Both the position numbers and the translations under genes were made by a program. The notes below the pieces were generated by a model. That model had not been told where the DNA came from. It ran no database searches and saw nothing but the letters and a program-made list of their open reading frames with translations. Below are positions 54,221 through 64,000 of a stretch of 64,000 nt of DNA, one piece after another (position 1 is the first letter of the stretch; each line of letters opens with the position of its first letter). The DNA comes from the human T2T-CHM13v2.0 reference genome, Homo sapiens: NCBI RefSeq assembly GCF_009914755.1, contig NC_060934.1; one strand, written 5' to 3'.

Positions 54221-55813
54221 AGCTGAGCTGTTTGAATGAGCTGGGTTTTCCTCCTTCCTGGCAAGCTTAGGTGTAAAGCAAGCCGGTTCCTGAGAGAAGT
54301 GGAGGAGCCATGTTTATGGAGTCTGAGGACAGTCCCTAATTATGCCAGGCAATCAGAGGCTTTAATGGATGAATAACTGTCAAAGTACAGTGGGGTGTTT
54401 GATAACCTGTAAGGCTGCTTATTGTGAGTGGAAATCACAGGGTGAAAAAAAGAAACAGGGATGGATGAGCTTGTGTTTCTTACCCCTCCTTGCCTTTGAA
54501 GAATTTGACAATACTGTCATCAAGTGCTCCCTGGGGAGGGTGCTCTTGGGGACCTAGGAGGATTCTGGTTCGAGGAAAGCAGAGGAGAGCTACATAATTA
54601 AGGAAGAAGAAGCAGAAATTGGGGGTAGGGCTGCACATTTAATGCAAGAATTCAAAGCATAGAAGTCCTGTTGAAGAGAAAGGGGGAGAACCCCCCACTA
54701 TCCAGTACCTCCAGAGGAGGAGCTGGAGGCACAGACCAGATGGGATCACCACACAAGTTCTTCATATAGAAAATAGGAAAACTGAGGAATCTGCTTCACT
54801 GTTGAATAAGTCTCTCCAAGGGTTTTGCCAGCTCCAGAAATTGAGCTTAAGTGGTGTTCTAGACATGAGATCATTTTATTGCTAGGTTGCAGTAGGAGGA
54901 ATTTTCCTTAATGTCTGGAAACAGGAGGGCATTGACTCTGTTTCTAATGCAGGGACACCTAATAGAGCTCAATTTGCTTGCCAACTCTGCTTGAGTGGTA
55001 GTGGCTACCTGGAGCACTCAGGAGGGGCCTTAAGGCCAGAGCCAGGCTCTGGTGGAACAATGCTTGATTGATTAGTGATGTCTGTCTTGGGTGTGTAATG
55101 GTAAAGGCAGCATGTGTGCCTCCTATTTGGAATTTTTGCTTTGGGATGCTTTTCCTTCTGTAGGTGTATCACCACCACTGACATCCATTTAACAATCTAT
55201 GCATTAGACTCCAAGTCTTTTAGCTCTTCTGCTAAGGAGATTTCAGCCTAAAAGGGATGGCAAAACAGTTCATCAATCATATTTTTTTCTAGGTCCTTTG
55301 GAATCGGCTAAGTTTACAATTCAAGGGGCATTGGAATACTTTTCCACTGGCTTGCCTCACTTACCAAAATGCCTACAGAAGTTATGCCGGAGAGAACAGA
55401 CCTTAATTTTTAGGTTTATCCTCCCCAAATTTACAATCAGAAATTTGCAATTGTATGGTGAAAATAAATGTTCAGTGACTAAGTCTCTTTTCAAGGCCCT
55501 GATATAAGTAGCTTTGAGTCTAAATCCAATTTCCAAATAGATGTTGGAGCATCTTAAGTGGTGACAATAGTTATGGTGTAATGAAACTGGAAGAGTATCT
55601 GGGAGCAGAACTCTGACACCAATGTCTTGTTGCCTATGGGAGGAAGGATAAGCCCAGAAAGGATGACTCAGGTTTTGAATCCTGATAAGGAGCTGAGAAG
55701 AGGGACAGGAGAGGGATTGTGGAGAGAGGAGAGAATGTGGGAAGGATTCAAGTCCCTGTTGCAGACAGCCCCAGCTCACCAAAAACATGAATTACTCATT
55801 TGTCTTTAGAGAG

Positions 55814-56588
55814 TGTGGTAGGCTGAATCATGTCTCCAACCAAATATGTTCAAGTCCTAATCTCTGGTCCTTGTACACCATAAAAGAGACTTTTTGGACG
55901 TGATTAAGACTTTCAAGATGGTGAAAACATCCTGGATTATCTAAATGGGTCCAATGCAATCACAGTGGTTCTCATAAGAAGGAAGCAGGAAGGTCACAGC
56001 CAGCAAAGGAGATGTGATAATGAAAGCAGAGGTCAGTGACATGGGGCCATGAGACAAGGAATGCAGGCAGCCTCTAGAGCAGCGGTCCCCAGTGTTTTTG
56101 GCACCAGGGACTGGTTTTGTGGGAGACAATTTTTTCATGGACTTGGCAGGGAGATGGTGGTTTGGGATGAAACTGTTCCACCTCAGATCATCAGGCATTA
56201 GGCTCTCATAAGGACCACACAACCTAGATCCCTTGCATGTGCAGTTCACAATAGGGCTCATGCTCCCATAAGAATCTAATGCTGCTGCTGATCTGACAGG
56301 AGGTGGAGCTCAGGCGGAAGTGCTCACTTGCCTGGTGCTCACTTCCTGCTGTGCAGCCCAGTTCCTCACAGGCCATGGACTGGTACTGGTCCATGGCCCA
56401 GGGGTGGGGACTCCTGCTGTAGAAGCTGGGAAACACAAGGCCAGATCCTTCTCTAGAGCCTCCAGAAGGTACACAGTCCTACAAACCCATTTTAGGCTTC
56501 TGACCTCTAGAACCATAAGAAAATAAATTTGTGTTGCTTTAAGCTACTAAGTTTGTGGCAATTATAGCAGCCATAGGAAATGAAGACA
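55814..56588 (+). mobile_element. MLT1 LTR split by MER1B
   Basis: tgtggtaggctgaat...tcctggattatc...ttgtggcaattatagcagccataggaaatgaagaca. Confidence 0.85.
56080..56416 (+). mobile_element. MER1B hAT-Charlie element
   Basis: cagcggtcccc...tttttggcaccagggactgg...ggggactcctg; degenerate 8-bp TSD ctctagag/ctgtagaa. Confidence 0.88.
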
Positions 56589-56949
56589 GAGCCCCTCTCT
56601 GACTTACAAAGCCTCTCCTCTATCCCCACAGACTTTAGGCTCCTGGTAACCATACCCCCATAAACAGCTGTTCGTAGGAAAGGAGGCCCTGTCCTGTGTG
56701 GTTTAGAATGAATTTTAGTCACACATTTCAATCACCTCAGCAGCTTGACTAATGGCAAATTTTGTCCATGCTACAGGAATTCCAAGCACAAAGACCCCTT
56801 CCTAATCCCTCTACACATAAGGCTGCCAATTTAGCATCAAGGGAAGGTTTAATGTCCTAGACAGGAAGAATTTTTAAGGTAGGGAATTCCTAAAATCTCA
56901 ACCTTGCTTTTTTCTCCCTTGATAAGAAATCATAAGACCTGCAATTTTA

Positions 56950-57269
56950 AGTTCTTTTTTTCTTCCTTCATTTTCTTTTTTATTTACTTTTTCTTTCATC
57001 TCCCTCTATCACTTAGGCTGGAGTACAGTGTTGTGATGACAGTTCTCTGCAACTTCCAGTTCCTGAGCTCAAGCGATCCTCTCACCTCAGCCTCCTCAGT
57101 AGCTGGGACTACAGATGTGTGCCATCAGGCCTGGCTGGTTTTTAATTTTTTTGTAGAAACAGGGTCTCACTATGTTTTTCAGGCTGGTTTCAAACTCCTG
57201 CCTCAAGCAAGTCCCACTTTGGCCTCCCAAAGCACTGAGATTACAGGCATGAGCCACTGTACCCAGCCC
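56950..57269 (-). mobile_element. AluJ-type element
   Basis: Diverged antisense Alu (gagctcaagcgatcctc; acagggtctcactatg). Confidence 0.88.
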
Positions 57270-58009
57270 AATTTAAAATAATTTCTAATTGCTCTGTGTC
57301 AGTTAAGATACCATAAGACTTCTCTTCATATCAGCCTTCATCTATCACATTGAAGGAAAAAATTACTTTAGCTGGACATATGACTAAAAGCATCTGTATC
57401 TTTTGAGGCTAATTAAGGTGAAATTCACTGAAAATTTATTTCAGAGAAGTAGTCTGTAGGTTCCATGAGGCCAGGACCAGGGTGTATCTGTCACCATCAA
57501 TGAGTTATAGTAACCAGCAGAGTGTCTGGAACAGAGTAGACATTCAAGCAATAGATCTTCATTGAATAAATGAATGAACTAAAGTAAATAATGTTTGATA
57601 ATGGTGGTTCACTAAATGAGTATCCCCAAGGAAAGTAACCCATGTAGAAAATACTAAAGGCTATTGCCAAATTTTGCAAGGAATGTAGTGGTCTTTGAGA
57701 TAGAAGTATGAAATACAGATTTTCTTGCATGTGATTCTTGGTGTAATTACAGGAAATTTTAATTTTCTTCTTTATGCTTGTCTGTGTTTTAAAATTTTGT
57801 GTACTGAATACGATTTACATTTGTAATCAGAAAAAAAGTAATTTCTCAAAATGTTCTTAGGGAGTATGATGAGATGGCTAGAGTTACATGACTTTCCTTG
57901 GATGTAGCTTTAGCTGTTAGAGGGAGGTATTAAACTCATGAATGCAGTTAATTATTGATCCCTGGTTTTCTTACAGGAAAGAGCTACATGGAAATAGCCA
58001 GCAAATAGG

Positions 58010-58245
58010 GTTTAGAGTTATGGTAAGAAGCAATAACCGTGAGTCAAATCCTCAGTCTGTCCTTAGTATTTGTTTGACTATAGACAAGTTACTTAGCTTC
58101 TCTCAGCTCTGATGCTTTATCTGTAAAATGGGGTAAACAACCACACAGGACTATTTGGGAGTTAAGTGAGACACAAGTTGTAAAGCAGCCCCATGCCTGG
58201 CACATGGTAAGTGTTCAATACATGTCAGCTCTTATTATTTTTATT
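58010..58245 (+). mobile_element. MIR SINE
   Basis: caagttacttagcttctctc...atctgtaaaatgggg...tgcctggcacatggtaagtgttcaata. Confidence 0.75.
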
Positions 58246-59037
58246 ATTAACAAATTGAACATTCTTGGCCTTGATGCTGACATTTCCTGCTGATAGGCAA
58301 ACTGATTTTTTTCAGTGCACACAAATGGAGGGCACTGGGAATCTCTGGATTTTTTCCTAGCAATAATTAGAAATGACAGAGTGATTAGGTGGCTAGAGGA
58401 CATAATTAACCTCTCTGGTTCTCAGTCCTCTTTTCTGTAAAAGGAGGGGATAGAATTATAAGATCTTAAAGGTTCCTCCCTGCTCTATGATGTTATGTGT
58501 ATAAGATTTATTTTTGAATTGGAAACCATCATTTGAAAGATAATGACTTTCTTAAAATTTCATGTATTTATTTATTTAGAACCACAATCTATTCCCTTCT
58601 ACAATCTATTGTACTAGATGAGTATCTGGGTACATAATAAGAAAGATCCTGGTATCTGGTCAATTGTCTTTGTATTCCATATACAAGGCTGGAGGCTGAT
58701 TTCAATTTTTTTTGTTGTTGCTCAGGAAACTTAAATTACATTTGTCTTGGAAATGGACTAGAGGATGAAAAGCCTGAGATTTTTTAAAACCCATGCATTG
58801 TTAAAGAGAACAACAGCCAGCCATTTCAAGGTTGCAATGCCTAACTTGGTGATGGAGAAATTTAAGATTGTACCTGACTAAAATGAAAAGAACCTTTTTG
58901 TTTTTTAGATGCCTGCCCTGTGGCTGCCCAGGGCTACCAATTATGGTGCCACCTTGTCTAACTTCTCACTCTGTCCATTTTCCTCTTCATGAAAATTTAC
59001 CTGCACAATGTTTCATCCCCCCAGGGCCTTGCTTCTA

Positions 59038-59051
59038 GTTGCTATGGCAAC
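59038..59051. promoter_or_regulatory. RFX X-box motif
   Basis: GTTGCTATGGCAAC, one mismatch from the palindrome GTTGCCATGGCAAC, in unique sequence. Confidence 0.6.
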
Positions 59052-60269
59052 AGTGAGCTAATCCGCTTAATGTGCCCTTCCTACCGTCTCAAGCAAGGGA
59101 GACTTTAGGAGACAACCTCTTCCTGGAAGTGAAATGACATTAATGGGGAAATCTCAAACTAATTTTTAAGACTGATTGTTTGAAACAAGCAATCTGTAGT
59201 ACCCCTCAAATTAAAACATGGAAATCATCTTCCTTCCTACTTACATATAGAGCCAACCTGATGCCTTGTTATTCTTATTCTTTCCTTTGCTAAACATCAT
59301 GTCCTATTCGCTGTGATCATAGTGACATGCAGGCTGTGGTCTGTCCTGATGAGTGCTGTGACTGCACAGGTGATATCCAAATTCAATCATCTAGCACTTT
59401 TCATCGACTTTCACTAATGCAGGAAGAAATAACACTGGATTCAACAACAGCAACAACAACACCACCACCAACAAAACAACCTCTGCCAATTCCTTATCCT
59501 GTTTCTGACTGACCTCTTTTACACCCAAGGAAAGTATTGTCAAACCACCAATCCCCCAGAGCTGCACTGTCTTGGAGATGCTAAATTACAAAGAGAAAAC
59601 ATCTCAGCATTAAGGAGGAAGAGAGCTCTGGCTGTGGAATGATTAGAGGGTGGAGCATCCTTGGGCAAAATGCTGCAATATCTCCTTGGGCTTATATGCT
59701 ATTATCCTGATTCTAAGATTTTCCATCTCAGGTATTCAGACCTCTAAACTCTGTCTCCTTCTCCCCAACCCTATTTACAAGTTGACATGTACCAAAAAGA
59801 ATAAATGAATAACAACAGTTTACATTGTTACTCATTCTCAGAGACATTTTGACATGAAATACAGATGTAATTTAAACTACAGTAGAATTTAAGTATAGAA
59901 TCAGGAAGGGGTGGTGGGAAATTAGAGGTCCAGATGATTATATAGTCCAGTAACCTAGGATTAATTGCCTCTGCACTTCTGCCTTTGGCAGAACCTTAAC
60001 CTCTCTAAACCTTAGTTTTCTCACCTATATTATGGGATCATAATTGTTCCTATCTCATAAAGGACTGCCAAAGAAAAACTAGAGCTGCATAGTAATTAAA
60101 GTGGTAAAAGCAGATTTTGATTAGGAACTATTGCAATAGGGGAAAATGTGTCTAGCCTAGTATAGCACTAGGCTCAATTCTGAATACAGCAAGCACAGGT
60201 GAAGATTTATAGCCAAAGAGCAGGGTGGGAGTCAGTGGATAAAAAATTTCTAAGAGGAAACATCGGGGG

Positions 60270-61482
60270 TGTAAGCCAAAAATAAAATTGTAAGCCCCTC
60301 AACCAACTGAATGGAACCCCCTCTTGACCAAAGGCATTCCAAAGTAAACCTGAAAAATGAGTTCAGGCCATGATAGGAAGGGAGGATCAGACATACCTCA
60401 TTTTTATACCCTCCCTGCTTTGTAATTCAGACACAATTTACCAGCATTAACATTAAAACACAGATCTTAAGACTGACAAAACAGACTCTTTGTAGCTATA
60501 AGATACCAAATTCTAACCTGAATCTAGTATAGCATCACATGATAGGTAGCAAGCCCTGAAAGAAATAGAAACATTCAAAATATAGTTCTTTTTTTTTTTT
60601 TTTTTTTTTTGAGATGGAGTCTTGCTCTGTCACCCAGGCTGGAGTGCAGTGGTGTGACCTCAGCTCACTGCAACCCCCACCTCCTGGGTTCAAGTAATTC
60701 TCCCTGCCTCAGCCTCCCAAGAAGCTGGGATTACAGGCACCTGCCCCATGCTCGGCTAATTTTTGTATTTCTAGTAGAGACAGGGTTTCACCATGTTAAC
60801 CAGGCTGGTCTCAAGCTTCTGACTTCAGGTGATCTGCCTGCATTGGCCTCCCAAAGAGCTGGGGTTACAGGCATGAGCCACTGTGCCTGGCCCCCAAATA
60901 TATTTATTTGACATATTTTGAAATGGCCCTGCAAAGCTATCTCTTGTGGGGAAAATCTACATTCTGTAGAGAATCCCCTTCCCTTTCCATGTCTTTTCCT
61001 GATCCAGGAGAGAGTTAACTAAGAGTGTAGCACCTTTAAGGGTCTGGCAAGAGATATTTACCATCTACTCCCTGAAGCCTGCTAACCTGGAGGCTTCATC
61101 AACATGACAAGAACCTTGGCTTCCACAATCCCCCTATATCAGCAACAAACATTTCTTTCTGCAGGCCTCAATTCCTCAGGCAGTACTTTTTTAACCAATC
61201 GCCACCAGAGAAACTTTTAACTCCACCTATGACGTGGAAGCCTCTGCTTTGAGATGTCTCACCTTTTCAGGCCGGATCAATGTACACCTTACATTATCGG
61301 TTTACAACTCTGCTTGTAGTTTCTGTCCCCCTGAAATGTAAAAAATCAAGCTGTAACCCAGCCACCATGGGCAGATGTTCTTGAGACCTGTTGAGACTAT
61401 GCCTTGGGCCCTGGTCACTTGTATTTGGCTCAGAATAAATCCCTTAAAATATTTCACAGAGTTTGACTATTCTTTTTTAACA
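60270..61482 (+). mobile_element. MER4-group ERV1 solo LTR containing an Alu
   Basis: TGTAAGCCAAAAATAAAATT...ggctcagaataaat...cagagtttgact...AACA. Confidence 0.85.
60589..60892 (-). mobile_element. Alu (S-type) inside MER4
   Basis: Poly-T plus antisense dimer; caaaatata-like flanks. Confidence 0.95.
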
Positions 61483-61885
61483 CCAGGAGTAAGGGAGGAT
61501 TATGGCTAAATGACCTAAGAGCATTCTTACTGAACGCAGATCAAGGTGATCAGATATCACTTGGGGATAGTGGGAGATAAGGAATTTGATCAGATATCAA
61601 GGATGATCAGATATTAAGGGTGGAGGATTCTCACTAAACTGACCTAGCAGTTTTAAAATTGGGCAATGCAAAGATGAATACTGAAGGTTGAGGCCTACAG
61701 GGCTTAGAGGAGCCTAGAGTTAGGTCAAAGAGAGACTCTTTGTCAAGGTGTTCAGAAGATTAAATTATCCACATAAAGTGTTAAGGGATCAAGTAAGCAA
61801 TGGATATATTACAGTTCCTGTTAAAAATAAAGCATTAAGAGAAGGAAATTAAGGCTGGTTGTAGAATTTAAAACATCACTTGTTT

Positions 61886-63475
61886 GTAAAAATGTTTATT
61901 CAAGTCATTTGCCTATTTTTTAAATCAGGTTATTTATTTTTTGCTGTTGAGTTGACTGAGTTCCTTATATATTTTGGATCTTAACCCCTTATCAGATATA
62001 CAGTTTACAAATATTTTATCCCATTCCATAGGTTGCCTTCTCTCATAGGATTGTTTCCTTTGCTGTGCAGAGCTTTTTAGTTTGATATAGTCCCACTTGT
62101 TTATTTTTGCTGTTGTTGCTTGTACTTTTGGTGTCATATCCAAAAAATGCATTGCCAAGACCAATGTCAAGGAGCTTGTTCTTGGCTGGGCATGGTAGCT
62201 CATGCTTGTAATCCCAGCACTTTGGGAAGCTGAGGTTGGGGGGGTTACTTGAGCCCAGGAGCTCAAGACCAGCCTGGGAAACATGGCAAGGCCCCATCTC
62301 TACAAAAATAGCAAAAAATTAGCTGGGTGTGGTGGCACCCACCATAGTCCCAGCTACACAGAGGCTGAGGTGGGAGATGGCTTGAGCCCAGGAGGTCAAG
62401 GCTTCAGCAAGCCATTTCATGCCATTGCATGAACTCCAGCCAGAGAAGTCAGGGCTGCAGCAAGCCATGATTACACAACTGCACTCCAGCCTTGGTGATC
62501 GAATGAGACTCTGCCAAAAAAAAAAAGAAAGAAAGAAAAAGAGAGAGAGATCTTGTTCTTTTTGCTTCTTTTAGGAGTTTTATGGTTCTAGGTCTTGGCT
62601 AAATAGATATATGAGAAGGTACTTAACATCACTAATCATCAAATGCAAATCAAAACCACAATGAGATATCACCTCACACTTGTTAGGATGGCTGTTATCA
62701 AAAAGTCATAAGATAACAGGTATACAGTCATTATGGAAAACATTATAGCAGTTCCTCAAAAAATTAAAAAGAAAACTATTTTCATCATATGATCCAGCAA
62801 TCTCACTTCTGGGTATATATCCAAAGGAAATGAAATCAGTAAGTCAAAGAGATACTAATATCTGCATTCCCATGTTGGTTGTAGCACTATTCACAATAAC
62901 CAAGACATGGAAACAACAAAGTGCTGATAGATGAGTGGATAAAGAAATTGACATGCACACTCTCACACACATACACACACACAGACACACACAGAGACAC
63001 ATACATACACACTGGGATATTATTTAGCCTTAAAAAAAAAAAGGAAATCTTGCCTCTTGCAACAACATGAATCAAGCTGGGGGACATTATGCTAAGTGAA
63101 ATAAGCCCTACCCAGAAAGAAAAATAGTGCATGCTTTCACTTATAGGTGAAATCTAAAAAATTCAATTTCATAGAAGCAAAGAGTAGAATGGTGCTTACC
63201 AGAGGTGAAAGATGAGGGGAAATGGGAAGATATTAGTCAAAAAGTACAAAGTTAGTATGTAGGATGCATAAGTTCTAGAGAGCTAATGTATTGCATAGGG
63301 AGTATAGTTAGTATTGTATTCTAGAAATTTGCAAAGAAAGTAGATTTTAAGTGTTCTTACTACACACATAAAATGTTAATTAGCTTGACTGCAGTAATTT
63401 CCTATGTATATGTATTAATATATCAAAACATCACAATTTACACCTTAAAAATACAATTTTAATAAAAATTTTTTA
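61886..63475. mobile_element. L1MA-type element with 5' inversion (antisense 61886-62596, sense 62597-63475)
   Basis: Antisense ORF2 fragment (LDMTPKVQATTAKINKWDYIKLKS) joined to sense 3' end with A-tail; TSD aaaacatcacttgttt / aaaaaataacttgttt. Confidence 0.85.
62183..62548 (+). mobile_element. AluJ-type element inside the L1, with internal duplication
   Basis: TSD CTTGTTCTT; right-arm segment present twice. Confidence 0.9.
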
Positions 63476-63537
63476 AAAAAATAACTTGTTTATTCAACAA
63501 ATACTTATTAAGCACCTATCATATGTGTTCAGGCGCT

Positions 63538-63697
63538 GCTTTATTTTATTATTTATTAATTTTTTTGAGGGAGGGTCTCGCTCTGTTGCCAAGGATGGAG
63601 TGTAATGGTGCACTCGCTGCTCACTGCAGCCTTGACTTCCTGGGCTCAAGCAATCCTCTTCCTGAGTAGCTGGGACTAAAGGCATGTATCATGTGCA

Positions 63698-63742
<45 letters not shown>

Positions 63743-63860
63743 GTAGAGATAGCTGTTGTCATGTTGCTGGGGCTGGTCTCAAGCTCCTGGGCTCAAGTGA
63801 TCCTCCCACCTTGGCCTCCCAAAGGGTTAGGATTATAGGTATAAGCCACCATGCCTGGCC
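63538..63860 (-). mobile_element. AluJ-type element with expanded middle A-rich linker
   Basis: Antisense dimer with a ~40-nt T run at 63702-63741 between the arms. Confidence 0.9.
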
Positions 63861-64000
63861 TCTAGACTGTTTTGAATATTGTGCTAGGAGAACAGCCATG
63901 AACAAGACGGACAAAATTTTTGCCATTGCTGAGCCTACATATTAGTGGAGGAAGGTAGGAAATAAACAAATACATGTATATTAATTTCAGGTAGCAATAA

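Larger units (their letters stand above)
60066..61745 (-). mobile_element. MER31-like LTR (in a MIR) split by MER4
   Basis: Ends ggtcaaagagagactctttgtca; internal gatcagatatc repeats; MIR resumes on both sides. Confidence 0.75.

Noticed and set aside
57977-58022. Possible 46-nt plus-strand exon (TTACAG|...|GTAAGA)
   Set aside because: It overlaps the start of a MIR and has no supporting neighbouring exons; such site pairs are common by chance.
61539-61620. Repeated GATCAGATAT motifs
   Set aside because: They lie within the MER31-like LTR and appear intrinsic to that family.
61934-62297. ORFs with L1 ORF2-like peptide
   Set aside because: Alu-L1 chimeric reading frames in a frameshifted dead L1, not a gene.

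Overview
This is primate (human-like) nuclear DNA: AT-rich, CpG-depleted and dense in Alu, L1, L2, MIR, LTR and DNA-transposon remnants. I see no credible intact protein-coding gene, RNA gene, CRISPR array or prokaryote-type system. The listed ORFs come from Alu, L1 or microsatellite sequence, or are chance ORFs. The window reads as intergenic or deep-intronic, and I cannot name the locus. The most notable structures are: (1) an ~870-bp fold-back inverted duplication (14171-15040) that copied a truncated Alu together with its flank; (2) a collapsed ERV-L provirus (LTR, tRNA-Leu PBS, ~150 bp of integrase core, partial LTR); (3) an old L1 with a twin-priming 5' inversion and recognisable TSDs; (4) a probable retrocopied mRNA 3'UTR fragment; (5) a small direct repeat plus perfect hairpin at 16.5 kb; (6) several multi-layer TE nests; and (7) candidate regulatory sites (AP-1/TATA/splice donor at 6.1 kb, ARE plus CpG-enriched patch at 53.6 kb, RFX X-box at 59.04 kb). 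Repeat family names come from recalled consensus sequences and should be confirmed with RepeatMasker/Dfam. I found no support for a novel biological system.
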